Origin: Pirellulales bacterium
GTDB lineage: Bacteria; Planctomycetota; Planctomycetia; Pirellulales; PALSA-1355
Direction of reading: 5' to 3'
DNA: 64,000 bases
Assembly (NCBI GenBank): GCA_963733035.1
Contig: CAVTBU010000009.1
Location: forward strand, 224,001 to 288,000
Shown here one piece after another: positions 40,467 through 49,393 of the stretch. Numbering within the stretch: position 1 is the stretch's first letter; each line of letters opens with the position of its first letter. The position numbers and the translations under genes were made by a program. The notes under the pieces are model-generated. The model was not told the DNA's origin. It did not search any database and worked only from the letters and a program-made list of their open reading frames with translations.

Positions 40467-41765
40467 CTACTTCACGCCGGCGATAGTCACCGGTTCGATC
40501 TTGGGAATCTCGCCGTTGCCCTCATACGGCGTGAGATCGTGACTGATCTTACCCGGCTTGGGTTCCAGCGGATTGCTGATGTCCATTCCGGGTAAATCGA
40601 AATCAACGAAATCCGCGTCGCCATTGTCGCGAATAACGATGGCCAATTCTTTCGGCAATTCGCCGTCAACGGCCTTCTTCGGATCAACCACGCCGTCGTA
40701 GATGATGTCAGGCAGCGTCTTTTCACCGATGGCCATGGCAACCAATTGTCCCAGTGTCCCTCCGGGCTGCGCGCCGTTGTCCTCAAACTTGTTGTTGTGC
40801 ACGTAGATCGAGTCGCAAAATGGGTCATAGCCCGGATCCTTGTCGAACGGCTTCTGCGTAACCAGATAGCTGCAGATCGACAGGCCAGTGCTTTGATTGT
40901 CCTTGATTTCGTTGTCGAACACCTCGACCTGGCGACTGGCCAATACCATGACGCCGGTACCGGGCGGCACGTTGGCAACGGCGTTGCCCTTGGGGGCAAA
41001 GTTTTCATGATTGTTTGACACGATCTGATTATTATACACGCGGCAGTTGCGGCCGACCTTCAGTTCCAGGTCGGGGAGCGAAAAGACGAGGATCCCGCCC
41101 GTGTTGCCGGTGGCGATGTTTTCGTAAACATCGGCATTGATCGAGTTTTCGATTTCGATGCCGGCCACGTTGTGCTCCGCCTTGTTGCGCCGCACGATGA
41201 TGTTTTTTGACTGGCCGACGTAAATCCCCGCGTCCGAGGCGTCCGTCGCGATGCAATCCTCGATGAGCACATTGTCGCTAAGCACCGGATAGAGACCGTA
41301 GGCGCCGTTTTCGGTTTTCGGCCCGCCGGTCCAACTCGTGCGTACGCCGCGGAGCGTGATGCCGTTGCAACGGTTGACTTTCACCGCGTCGCCCTTGGCA
41401 TCTTCGACGGCCAGGTTCTCGATAGTGCAGTTCTCTTTGCTGCTGATCGACAATCCCTCACCGCCGGTACCTTGCTTCTGGTTGACGAACGAGAGGATGG
41501 TTTTCTCATGTCCCTGGCCACGAATCGTGATCTCGCTGACGTCACAGGACAGCGTCGAATCGAAGTCGAACTTACCTTCACCAAACTCGATGACTTCACC
41601 GGGCTTGGCGTCGATCAGGGCCGTTTGAGCCCGCTTTTGAGCGTCCGGCCCAGCCTCGATCTTGGTTACCTTGACTTTTGAACTGGTGTTCTCCGAGGGC
41701 TTGACGCAACCGGCAAGCACCAGCCCGGCACAAACGAGGGATAAGAATTGCAGTCGCGTATACAC
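40467..41765 (-). CDS. Parallel beta-helix lipoprotein (TIGR03805-like)
   Basis: LVLAGC lipobox, NGAYGLYPV, ASDAGIYVGQS, NVAGIEIENS, NTGGILVFSLP. GTG start with AGGAG RBS. Confidence 0.88.
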   Translation of the reverse strand: MYTRLQFLSLVCAGLVLAGCVKPSENTSSKVKVTKIEAGPDAQKRAQTALIDAKPGEVIEFGEGKFDFDSTLSCDVSEITIRGQGHEKTILSFVNQKQGTGGEGLSISSKENCTIENLAVEDAKGDAVKVNRCNGITLRGVRTSWTGGPKTENGAYGLYPVLSDNVLIEDCIATDASDAGIYVGQSKNIIVRRNKAEHNVAGIEIENSINADVYENIATGNTGGILVFSLPDLELKVGRNCRVYNNQIVSNNHENFAPKGNAVANVPPGTGVMVLASRQVEVFDNEIKDNQSTGLSICSYLVTQKPFDKDPGYDPFCDSIYVHNNKFEDNGAQPGGTLGQLVAMAIGEKTLPDIIYDGVVDPKKAVDGELPKELAIVIRDNGDADFVDFDLPGMDISNPLEPKPGKISHDLTPYEGNGEIPKIEPVTIAGVK

Positions 41766-42009
41766 GGCCAATCTCCTAACAAGGTAGAAGTCGCGGGGCA
41801 GCGGCACACCCGGAAACCAAGCCCGCCCGACAGGGCCGCCGCTGGAAAGGATCGGAACAGCAACGTGAGGCCCATTATAGCGGACTTTCGGCCGCTGCCC
41901 AGCAGGCAGCCCGGCCGAGCTCAGATTCGCGGGGCGTTTGCGTCGCGGACGGCCTGGGCCTATGCTGTCAGACCATCTGACGACTTTGGAATATCGGGAG
42001 AAAACATCC

Positions 42010-42418
42010 ATGAAGTGGCCTACTGTCGCTCCATTTCCTCGCCCTTTTGACGCTTGCCGCCGGAGCCCCGACCGTGCTCGATGTCTCTTCCGCCTCGGCC
42101 GCCGAAAATGAAAAAGTCTTCCGTCACGTCGTGTTGTTCAAATTTAAGGACGGCACGACCGACGCTCAAAGCAAGGAAGTCGTCGACGCGTTTCGGGACC
42201 TGAAAAATAAAATCGACGTTATCCAAGACTTCGAATATGGGACGGACCTGAGCGTTGAGAATCGCTCGCAGGGGTTCACCCACTGCTTCTTCGTGACCTT
42301 CGCCGACGAGAAAGGACGCGACGCGTATCTTCCGCATCCCGCCCACAAGGCCTTCGGCACGCTGGTCGGCCCGCGCCTCGACAAGGTCTTGGTCGTGGAC
42401 TATTGGGCGAAGAAGTAG
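42010..42418 (+). CDS. Dabb (stress-responsive A/B barrel) protein with signal peptide (indel at ~42020)
   Basis: RHVVLFKFK, GFTHCFFVTF, YLPHPAH, VLVVDY. ATG at 42010 with GGGAG RBS is one base out of frame with the hydrophobic leader. Confidence 0.85.
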
Positions 42419-42455
42419 CGCGACCGCCGCGCGCGAAACCGAGGCGACGTCCAGT

Positions 42456-43577
42456 TCAATATACGAGGACCTCGTTGTCCATCGATTCGAAGGTCCTTGT
42501 CAGTCGAATCAGGCTCTTCGGGTTGGGGCCGTCTTCGTTCTCGTGCGAGATTTCACGCATCTCGGGGAGCAGCGACAAGAATAGCTCAAGCAAGTCCGGG
42601 TCGAAATGTGATCCCGATTTTTCAATCATGATCGCAAGCGCCTCGGCTTCCGGGATAGCCGGGCGATAAATGCGGCCGTGTGTAAGTGCATCGTAGACGT
42701 CGACGATCGCCACAATGCGAGCCGCCTCGGGAATTTCCTGGCCGCACAGCCCGGCCGGATAACCACGGCCGTTCCATTTCTCGTGGTGGTAAAGTGCGAT
42801 CGTTTGTGCCAGTTGCAACACGGCCGATTCGCTCCCGGCCAGAATCTCGGCTCCAATGACCGTGTGCTGCTTCATGACTTCGAATTCCTCGGCGGTCAGT
42901 CTGCCGGGCTTCTGCAGGATCGCGTCGGGAATGCCGATCTTGCCCACGTCGTGCATGGGAGCGGCCAGTCGCATATTGTCAGCATCGGCCGACGACCAGC
43001 CTGTCGCGCGGGCCAAGGTCTCGCTGAGCAACCCCGTTCGGCGAATATGTCCGCCGGTTTCGACGTCGCGATAAGTGCAGGCCGACACAAGCCGATGGAT
43101 GGCCTCTTCGTATGCCCCGCGCAATTCGCGGGTTTGTTCGCGCACGCGACGCTCGAGCTGTAACGTGTAGTTCCGCTTGTCGATAATCAGGCCCCGCCGT
43201 TCCAGCCCGCGACGAACCTGAAACAGCAGCTGGTCACGGTCGACCGGTTTGAGCAGGTAGCCGCAGGCCCCGCCCGTGAGTGCCGCCACGGCGGTTTCAG
43301 TATTCGCCTCGCCGGTCAACATGACCACCGCGGCATCCGGGTAACGCTCGCTAATCCACTCCAGCAAACGAAGCCCCGACCCTTCAGGCATGGAAATATC
43401 GAGCGTCACCATCGCGATTTCCTGCTCCTGCAGGAGGTCGCATGCTTCCATCCCGTTTTTGGCGTGCAGGCAATGGTAGCCGGCATCGCGCAGCCAACGC
43501 GTGATCAGGTCACGCACGTGGTCTTCGTCGTCCACGACCAACAAAGTGGGTTGAGGGTTTCCGTTCAGGCTATGCAT
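42456..43577 (-). CDS. Response regulator with HD-GYP cyclic-di-GMP phosphodiesterase domain (RpfG-like)
   Basis: LVVDDE, LDISMP, YLLKP, ETGGHIRR, MHDVGKIGIPD, HHEKWNGRGYP, DVYDAL. Confidence 0.92.
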   Translation of the reverse strand: MHSLNGNPQPTLLVVDDEDHVRDLITRWLRDAGYHCLHAKNGMEACDLLQEQEIAMVTLDISMPEGSGLRLLEWISERYPDAAVVMLTGEANTETAVAALTGGACGYLLKPVDRDQLLFQVRRGLERRGLIIDKRNYTLQLERRVREQTRELRGAYEEAIHRLVSACTYRDVETGGHIRRTGLLSETLARATGWSSADADNMRLAAPMHDVGKIGIPDAILQKPGRLTAEEFEVMKQHTVIGAEILAGSESAVLQLAQTIALYHHEKWNGRGYPAGLCGQEIPEAARIVAIVDVYDALTHGRIYRPAIPEAEALAIMIEKSGSHFDPDLLELFLSLLPEMREISHENEDGPNPKSLIRLTRTFESMDNEVLVY

Positions 43578-43996
43578 GCGGCGATCCTCCCCACGTTGGA
43601 ACTCGCGCTGACGGTTGCGATACGAACGGCCGGCACGCGCGTCCGGTGGGCCGGGAAATCGACGAAAACTGCTGCGGGCAAACTTTGCTGAAGTTCGCTT
43701 CGCCGGCTCGCAGCAGCCGCGAAATGAGGCGTTGACTCGCCGCCAGAAACGTCGACCACGATGTCTGCCCTCACCTGGATATGTCGGGAAGTCGCGGCGT
43801 GCCCACGTTCGCCACGGTCGGATCCCCGAGCGAAGGAAACTATAGGTCACACGAGGCCGAACATGCCACGCAACTACACGGCCGAAATCACGTGTTTTCG
43901 GACCCAATCGAACGAACGGGTACTACAGACGCACCAACCCGCAAAACTTGCAGCATGGGCGAAGGCGCGTTGCCGGCAGGGGCTGGCGCGCGGGGA

Positions 43997-44919
43997 CTAA
44001 TCGGCGTCCAGATAATGGTCGAACCACTGCCAGACAGCCGGATACTCGTCCATGATGCCTGGCCAATAGGTATGGCCGCCGGTCTTGTGCTCGATATACC
44101 GCACGTCGAGTCCGGTGCCCTCGTACTTTTCGCGCATGATGCGCGACTGTTGTACTGGTACCGTCAAATCGCGAAGTCCGTGTATCAGCAGAAGCGGTGG
44201 ATCGTCCGGCGTCACGAAGTTGATCGGCGAAATGCTTTGCAACTGCGCCTTCATGTCCGTGATTTCCACGAAAATGCTTGATAACAGATCCGGTTTGATT
44301 TTGTTGATCGTGACGTAGCCGTCTGTCATCCCCCAGTTCACCAGGTCGGTGGGTGGAAACCAGGCCACGACCGCCTGCACGCGAGAGCTTTCTCGCTCTA
44401 CCGGATCCTCGGCACCGGGTTTACCGTCGTCGCCGGTGGTGGCCACCATAAGTGAAAGATGGCCACCGGATGAGCCGCTTGTGATTCCCAAATGATTGGG
44501 GTCGACGCCGTATTGCTCGGCGTGATGGCGCACGTAGCGCACACTACGGCGAATGTCCTCGATCATCTCCGGAACGTAGTAGCGCGGCAAACTTCCGTGA
44601 CGGGCCACAAACAAAGTGTAGCCGCCTTGCAAGAGACCCTGCACCCAGTGCTCGTGCTTGCGACTTTCAATCTCCTTGCCGGGCACGTTCGATTTGCTCG
44701 AATGCCAGCCGCCACTCGAAACCAGTACAATTCCGATTCCCTTGCGCCCTCCACCGGCGTGAGCACGTCCATCGTCAACGCCAGACCGTCCTTCTGCCCG
44801 TAGACAACGTCTTCCTCGGCGCGGAATTCGGCGACCTTGGCGGGTTTGTCCGCGGCGTGTGCGACGACCGCGCTCAGCACGATTGCGAGCAGGCTCCAGG
44901 CCCAGTTTTTGACATTCAT
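43997..44919 (-). CDS. Secreted alpha/beta hydrolase (esterase/lipase) (frameshift at ~44745)
   Basis: Signal peptide, DVVYGQKDG, SSGGWHS, GSSGGHL, LLIHGLRD..VP, GGH. Confidence 0.87.
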
Positions 44920-45108
44920 CAATTCGCTCTCACGGTTTGTTGGATGAGGATGCACGTACTTTCATTATGGTTTGTCGAGCCGGCCCCGAAAAGCGCGGCA
45001 AATGTCGCGGAAAAAGCGCACCTGAAGTTTGCACCAGGTCAGGCGGCCAGCTAGTTTATGGGCGCTGCGATTCGTGCGGTTCTTCCTACCCAACACGCGG
45101 GGCGCACC

Positions 45109-46743
45109 ATGCCAACAATTGCCAAACGGAAGTTCGGCCTGTACGTCGTTACGCTTTTCAGCCTGGCAATTCTGGGCCAGACACGCATCGCTGGGGCCGA
45201 CGACGAGCCGGTGCGGATCGAATCGGGCGCCATCCAGGGTGCTCGTGCGGGAGACGACCGTTCGGTTCGCGTTTACAAGGGCATTCCATACGCGGCGCCG
45301 CCGGTAGGAACTTTGCGCTGGCGTCCACCCCAGCCCGTTGCCGGCTGGAACGACGTCCGCGCCTGCACGAAGTTCAGCCCCACCTGCCCCCAAAAGCCAT
45401 ATCCGGCCGGGTCGATCTACGTCCAACCCGCGCAGCCTCAAAGCGAGGACTGCCTGTATTTGAACGTCTGGACCGCCGCCCGGTCGGCCGCTGAAAAACG
45501 ACCGGTAATGGTCTGGATTCACGGCGGTGCCCTCACGCGTGGTTCCGGCTCGCTCGAGGTCTACGACGGCACACGGCTGGCCGAACGCGGCGTCGTGCTC
45601 GTGACGATCAACTACCGCTTGGGACCCTTCGGATTCCTCGCGCATCCGGCGCTCAGCGCCGAATCGGAACACGGGTCGAGCGGCAATTATGGAATTCTGG
45701 ATCAAATCGCGGCCCTCAAGTGGGTGCAGCGGAACATCAAAGCGTTTGGCGGCGACCCAGGCAACGTAACCATCTTCGGCGAATCGGCTGGCTCGTGGAG
45801 CGTTTGTTCGCTGGTGGCAACGCCGCTGGCAAAGGGTCTATTCCAACGGGCGATCGGCCAAAGCGGCGGATGCTTCGCCCCCATGCAATACCTCAAGGTA
45901 GCCCAGCACGGTTTCGCTCCGGCCGAGAAGCTTGGTGAAAACCTGGCTCAAAGCCTCGACTGCGACGACTCAAGCGACGTGCTCGCAGCGATGCGCGACA
46001 AGTCGCCCGAAGAATTGCTCGACGCGGCCGCGAAAGATCCGAACCTGTCGCGAGTGCGCGGAAACGTCGACGGCTGGGTCTTCCCCGACGAAATCCACAA
46101 TCTCTATGCGAACGGCAAACAAAATCCAGTCAGCTTACTGGTGGGGTCAAATGCTGACGAGGGAACAAGTCTCGCGGGCCCGACAACTCCCCGGAGCTCC
46201 AAGGTCGTACTGGCACTGGTGAAGCAAAAGTACGGCGAGGCCGCCGATGAATTTCTCAAGCTTTATCCGGCGGCGACGGACGAAGAGGCCCGCGACGCAT
46301 TTCTGCACAGCTTGCGCGACGAATGGTTTACCTGGGAGATGCGCAGCTGGGCCCGGCTGACGAGAAAGGCCAACCAGCCGGCCTACTTGTACTTTTTCAG
46401 CCATGCGCCCCCACGGCCTGGAAACGAGCAGTTGGGCGCCTATCACGCGGCGGAGATTGTGTACATATTCGACAATCTCGATAAATTCCCCTGGGATATC
46501 GAGTCGCTCGATCGCGAGCTAGCCGATCAGATGTCAGAAGCCTGGGTTCGTTTCGCCAGCACGGGCGACCCGAACGGCGGACGACTACCGAATTGGGAAG
46601 TTTATGGCGTCGAATCGGAGCCCTACCTGGAATTCGGCGATGTCATTCAGCCGGGTCACCATCTATTGCAAGCCGAGTGTGACTTCTTCGACCGATGGAA
46701 CGATGGACGGCGAAACGCCGAAACGACTACCCCGCAGCAATAG
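45109..46743 (+). CDS. Carboxylesterase type B, secreted
   Basis: KGIPYAAPPVG.LRW, SEDCLYLNVW, WIHGG, GESAG, GAYHAAEI. Confidence 0.94.
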   Translation: MPTIAKRKFGLYVVTLFSLAILGQTRIAGADDEPVRIESGAIQGARAGDDRSVRVYKGIPYAAPPVGTLRWRPPQPVAGWNDVRACTKFSPTCPQKPYPAGSIYVQPAQPQSEDCLYLNVWTAARSAAEKRPVMVWIHGGALTRGSGSLEVYDGTRLAERGVVLVTINYRLGPFGFLAHPALSAESEHGSSGNYGILDQIAALKWVQRNIKAFGGDPGNVTIFGESAGSWSVCSLVATPLAKGLFQRAIGQSGGCFAPMQYLKVAQHGFAPAEKLGENLAQSLDCDDSSDVLAAMRDKSPEELLDAAAKDPNLSRVRGNVDGWVFPDEIHNLYANGKQNPVSLLVGSNADEGTSLAGPTTPRSSKVVLALVKQKYGEAADEFLKLYPAATDEEARDAFLHSLRDEWFTWEMRSWARLTRKANQPAYLYFFSHAPPRPGNEQLGAYHAAEIVYIFDNLDKFPWDIESLDRELADQMSEAWVRFASTGDPNGGRLPNWEVYGVESEPYLEFGDVIQPGHHLLQAECDFFDRWNDGRRNAETTTPQQ

Positions 46744-46871
46744 TGCCTTCTCGATTGCGAGCGGTTCAAGCCGCTAAATTTGGCATTCCGGTTTGACTGC
46801 GCCTGTCGGCGGGATAGGGTTGTTCGGTGACCTAGCCCACAACGCAATTCCCGGCTGCAGCCGGTTAACCG

Positions 46872-47531
46872 ATGTCTTGCTTCAGACCCTTCGTCGCGCG
46901 ATTGTTCGCAATTCCGAGGCGGATCGGCAGCGCGGCGGTCGTTGCCATCCTCTGCCTGCTCCCCTCGGTCGTCCACGCAGAGAATCTGACGCGCGTGGAA
47001 GAGGACTGGGAATTGGTTGTCGGCGACCCGGGGCCAATTGGCGGTTTACCGCAGGTCACCACGACGATGTCGCCCGTGGGCGACCTGAGCAACGTGCGTT
47101 GGCTGCTCACGTTGAACCTGGATGGCCAGCCGGCGTACGAATCGGGCGGGATTCAGCTGCTCGCTTGGCAGGAGAACGTGCCAGGCCCAGCGAAGCGATT
47201 TGGCGTGGGCACGCGGCTTCACGTCGACAACGAGGTGATTACGTGGACCCAGGTCATGGCAGTCGAACGAGGCGTGTTGTATTGTGCGGTCGTCGACGGC
47301 AAATCGGAAAGCTGGGGAAACTTCGGCCAAGGAAACTCGCTGACCGTTTCGGTTCCCACCAAACTGAAGAATCTCAACGACTACAGCCAGTCGTTGTCGT
47401 ACTTCTGTTCCGGCGTCTCGGGAACACGCCTGGCTCCCACCCGGGTCCGCTCGCTGACTTTACGGCAGGTCCGATGGTACTCGCCCGAGGGGCTCGAATA
47501 TCAGGACCGAGAGGCGAAACTCGTTTACTAG
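46872..47531 (+). CDS. Secreted hypothetical beta-rich protein
   Basis: Signal peptide ending VHA, RVEEDWELVV, PQVTTTMSP, ITWTQ; host-like codon usage. Confidence 0.7.
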   Translation: MSCFRPFVARLFAIPRRIGSAAVVAILCLLPSVVHAENLTRVEEDWELVVGDPGPIGGLPQVTTTMSPVGDLSNVRWLLTLNLDGQPAYESGGIQLLAWQENVPGPAKRFGVGTRLHVDNEVITWTQVMAVERGVLYCAVVDGKSESWGNFGQGNSLTVSVPTKLKNLNDYSQSLSYFCSGVSGTRLAPTRVRSLTLRQVRWYSPEGLEYQDREAKLVY

Positions 47532-47673
47532 CCCGTTGCCGGACTCGGCGGGTTGTTTGGCCCGATAGCGACTTTCCAAGCCCGCGGATGGCGATATAAT
47601 TTGGCGCCTGCCGATGAGACCAGGCCCTGGTCTCGAATGCTTCCCTGGTTCCTACTGGTCTCCGAGGTTTTGC

Positions 47674-47970
47674 ATGCCCGCCACACTCGATCCCGAGGAA
47701 GTTCGCCGCCTCCCATTGGCCGGTCTTGCTCCGCCTGTTCGCGCCGAAGTCGACGAAGATGACGACAGCTCCGACGACGACAGCGATAGCAACGATTCGG
47801 ACGACGATCTGGACGTAATCGACGAGCCGGTTGAACCGCTGGAGCAAATCGACGACTTCGACGAGGACGATTTCGACGACGATTTCGACGACGATTTCGA
47901 AGAAGAGCTCGAGGAAGAGGAAGAACACGCCGACGCGGCCGGCCTAGACGACGATTTCGAAAACGAATAG
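47674..47970 (+). CDS. Small hyperacidic protein with (DDFD)n repeats
   Basis: 98 aa; about 45 of the last 74 residues are Asp/Glu. GAGG RBS and an upstream TATAAT at 47595-47600. Confidence 0.7.
   Translation: MPATLDPEEVRRLPLAGLAPPVRAEVDEDDDSSDDDSDSNDSDDDLDVIDEPVEPLEQIDDFDEDDFDDDFDDDFEEELEEEEEHADAAGLDDDFENE
47851..47901 (+). repeat. Coding tandem repeat GACGATTTCGAC (about 4 copies)
   Basis: Copies at 47851, 47866, 47878 and 47890; a further copy near 47950. Confidence 0.8.
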
Positions 47971-48138
47971 GCGAATCACCGTCAATTCGAGCCCGGTGGG
48001 CGGAATTCGACTTCCCGACGTCGGCTGGGGATTGGCGGCTTGGGCCGGCTCGAATTAAACTCAAGGGTCGCGGGGCGCACCAGCCGTCCCCACAACTGGC
48101 GGTCCCACCCCTGACTCACTCCTGCCGAGGAGATCCGC

Positions 48139-49392
48139 GTGCCCATCCGACGTTTGCGATCGGCGTGTTTCTGCGCCTTGTTCTGTTGCTCGGCCGCCGC
48201 CGCGGCGCTCGCTAAGCCAGCGGAGAAGCCCGGCCCGCAGGAGTTTTCTCTTCACGATGGCGACCGCGTCGTGCTTCTTGGCAGCACATTCATCGAACGG
48301 GCCCAATCACACGGCTACCTGGAAACCGCTTTGATAAGCCGCTTCCCCGGCGCCAACATCCAGTTTCGCAACCTGGGCTGGAGCGGCGACAATGTCTTTG
48401 GCCAGGCCCGCGCCGGATTCGGGCCCATCGAAGAAGGGTTCAAGCATCTCAAGGAGCACGTGCTGGATCTTCGGCCGACCGTAATTCTGTTGAACTACGG
48501 CGCCAACGAGTCGTTTGCCGGCGAAGCGGGGCTCGACCGGTTTCTGGCCGGGCTCGACGTGTTGCTGAAGACCCTCGACGAAACCGGGGCCAAAATCGTC
48601 TTTTTGACACTGCCCCCACACGAAGATTTGGGCCGTCCACTGCCCGATCCGACCCAGCACAATCGAAATCTGAAGCTCTATTCCGGCGCCATCGCCAAGG
48701 TGGCTGGCAAGCGTGGGGCGCCCGTTGTCAATTTGTTCGAGTTGCTCAACTCAAAATCAGTGGCCGATGCCGACGTGCCGCTCACGGACAACGGGCTGCA
48801 TCTGACCGCCTACGGCTACTGGAGGGCAGCACCCCAATTAGAGCGCGGCCTCGGACTGCCCGATCGCGAGTGGCAAATCGAAGTCGATGTGCCACATGCG
48901 AATATCTCTGCACGCGGCACGCAGGTGAGCCAGGCGCGATTCGCACCGGACTCGCTCCGCTTCGTGGTCCACGATGCCCAATTGCCGCTTCCGCCTGCTC
49001 CGGCGGATTCGCCTGCCGACGTTCCCTCGCTTTGTCCTCGGACGCTGCGGGTGTTCGACTTGCCCGCGGGGATCTACGAACTGACCGTCGACGACGCGCC
49101 CGTGGCCAAAGGCGATGCCACCGAGTGGGCCCATGGCATTACCATCACGAGAGGCCCCGAGTTTGACCAGGCCGAACGTCTGCGACAAACCATCCTGGAA
49201 AAGAACGAGCTGTACTTTCATCGCTGGCGGCCACAGAACGTGACCTACCTGTTCGGATTTCGTAAGCACGAGCAAGGAAACAATGCGGTGGAGATTCCGC
49301 AATTCGATCCCTTGGTCGAAGCCCGGGAAACGACGATTCGTTCGCTTTCGATGCCCGCGAACCACGCATATCAACTGGTCAAGGTGAAGTAG
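48139..49392 (+). CDS. SGNH/GDSL hydrolase-like protein, secreted
   Basis: DRVVLLGSTF, RNLGWSGD, YGANE, TDNGLHL, C-terminal FHRWRPQN.TYLFGFRKHEQGNN. Confidence 0.85.
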   Translation: MPIRRLRSACFCALFCCSAAAAALAKPAEKPGPQEFSLHDGDRVVLLGSTFIERAQSHGYLETALISRFPGANIQFRNLGWSGDNVFGQARAGFGPIEEGFKHLKEHVLDLRPTVILLNYGANESFAGEAGLDRFLAGLDVLLKTLDETGAKIVFLTLPPHEDLGRPLPDPTQHNRNLKLYSGAIAKVAGKRGAPVVNLFELLNSKSVADADVPLTDNGLHLTAYGYWRAAPQLERGLGLPDREWQIEVDVPHANISARGTQVSQARFAPDSLRFVVHDAQLPLPPAPADSPADVPSLCPRTLRVFDLPAGIYELTVDDAPVAKGDATEWAHGITITRGPEFDQAERLRQTILEKNELYFHRWRPQNVTYLFGFRKHEQGNNAVEIPQFDPLVEARETTIRSLSMPANHAYQLVKVK

Positions 49393-49393
49393 C

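Noticed and set aside
43580..43995. c-di-GMP riboswitch or sigma54 promoter upstream of the HD-GYP gene
   Set aside because: The GGCAAAC seed is on the wrong strand and lacks the rest of the motif. The GG-N10-GC match at 43869-43885 has a poor -24 box and is far from the start.
47851..47961. CRISPR-like or non-coding repeat array
   Set aside because: 12-bp in-frame units without spacers, encoding DDFD; no cas genes present.
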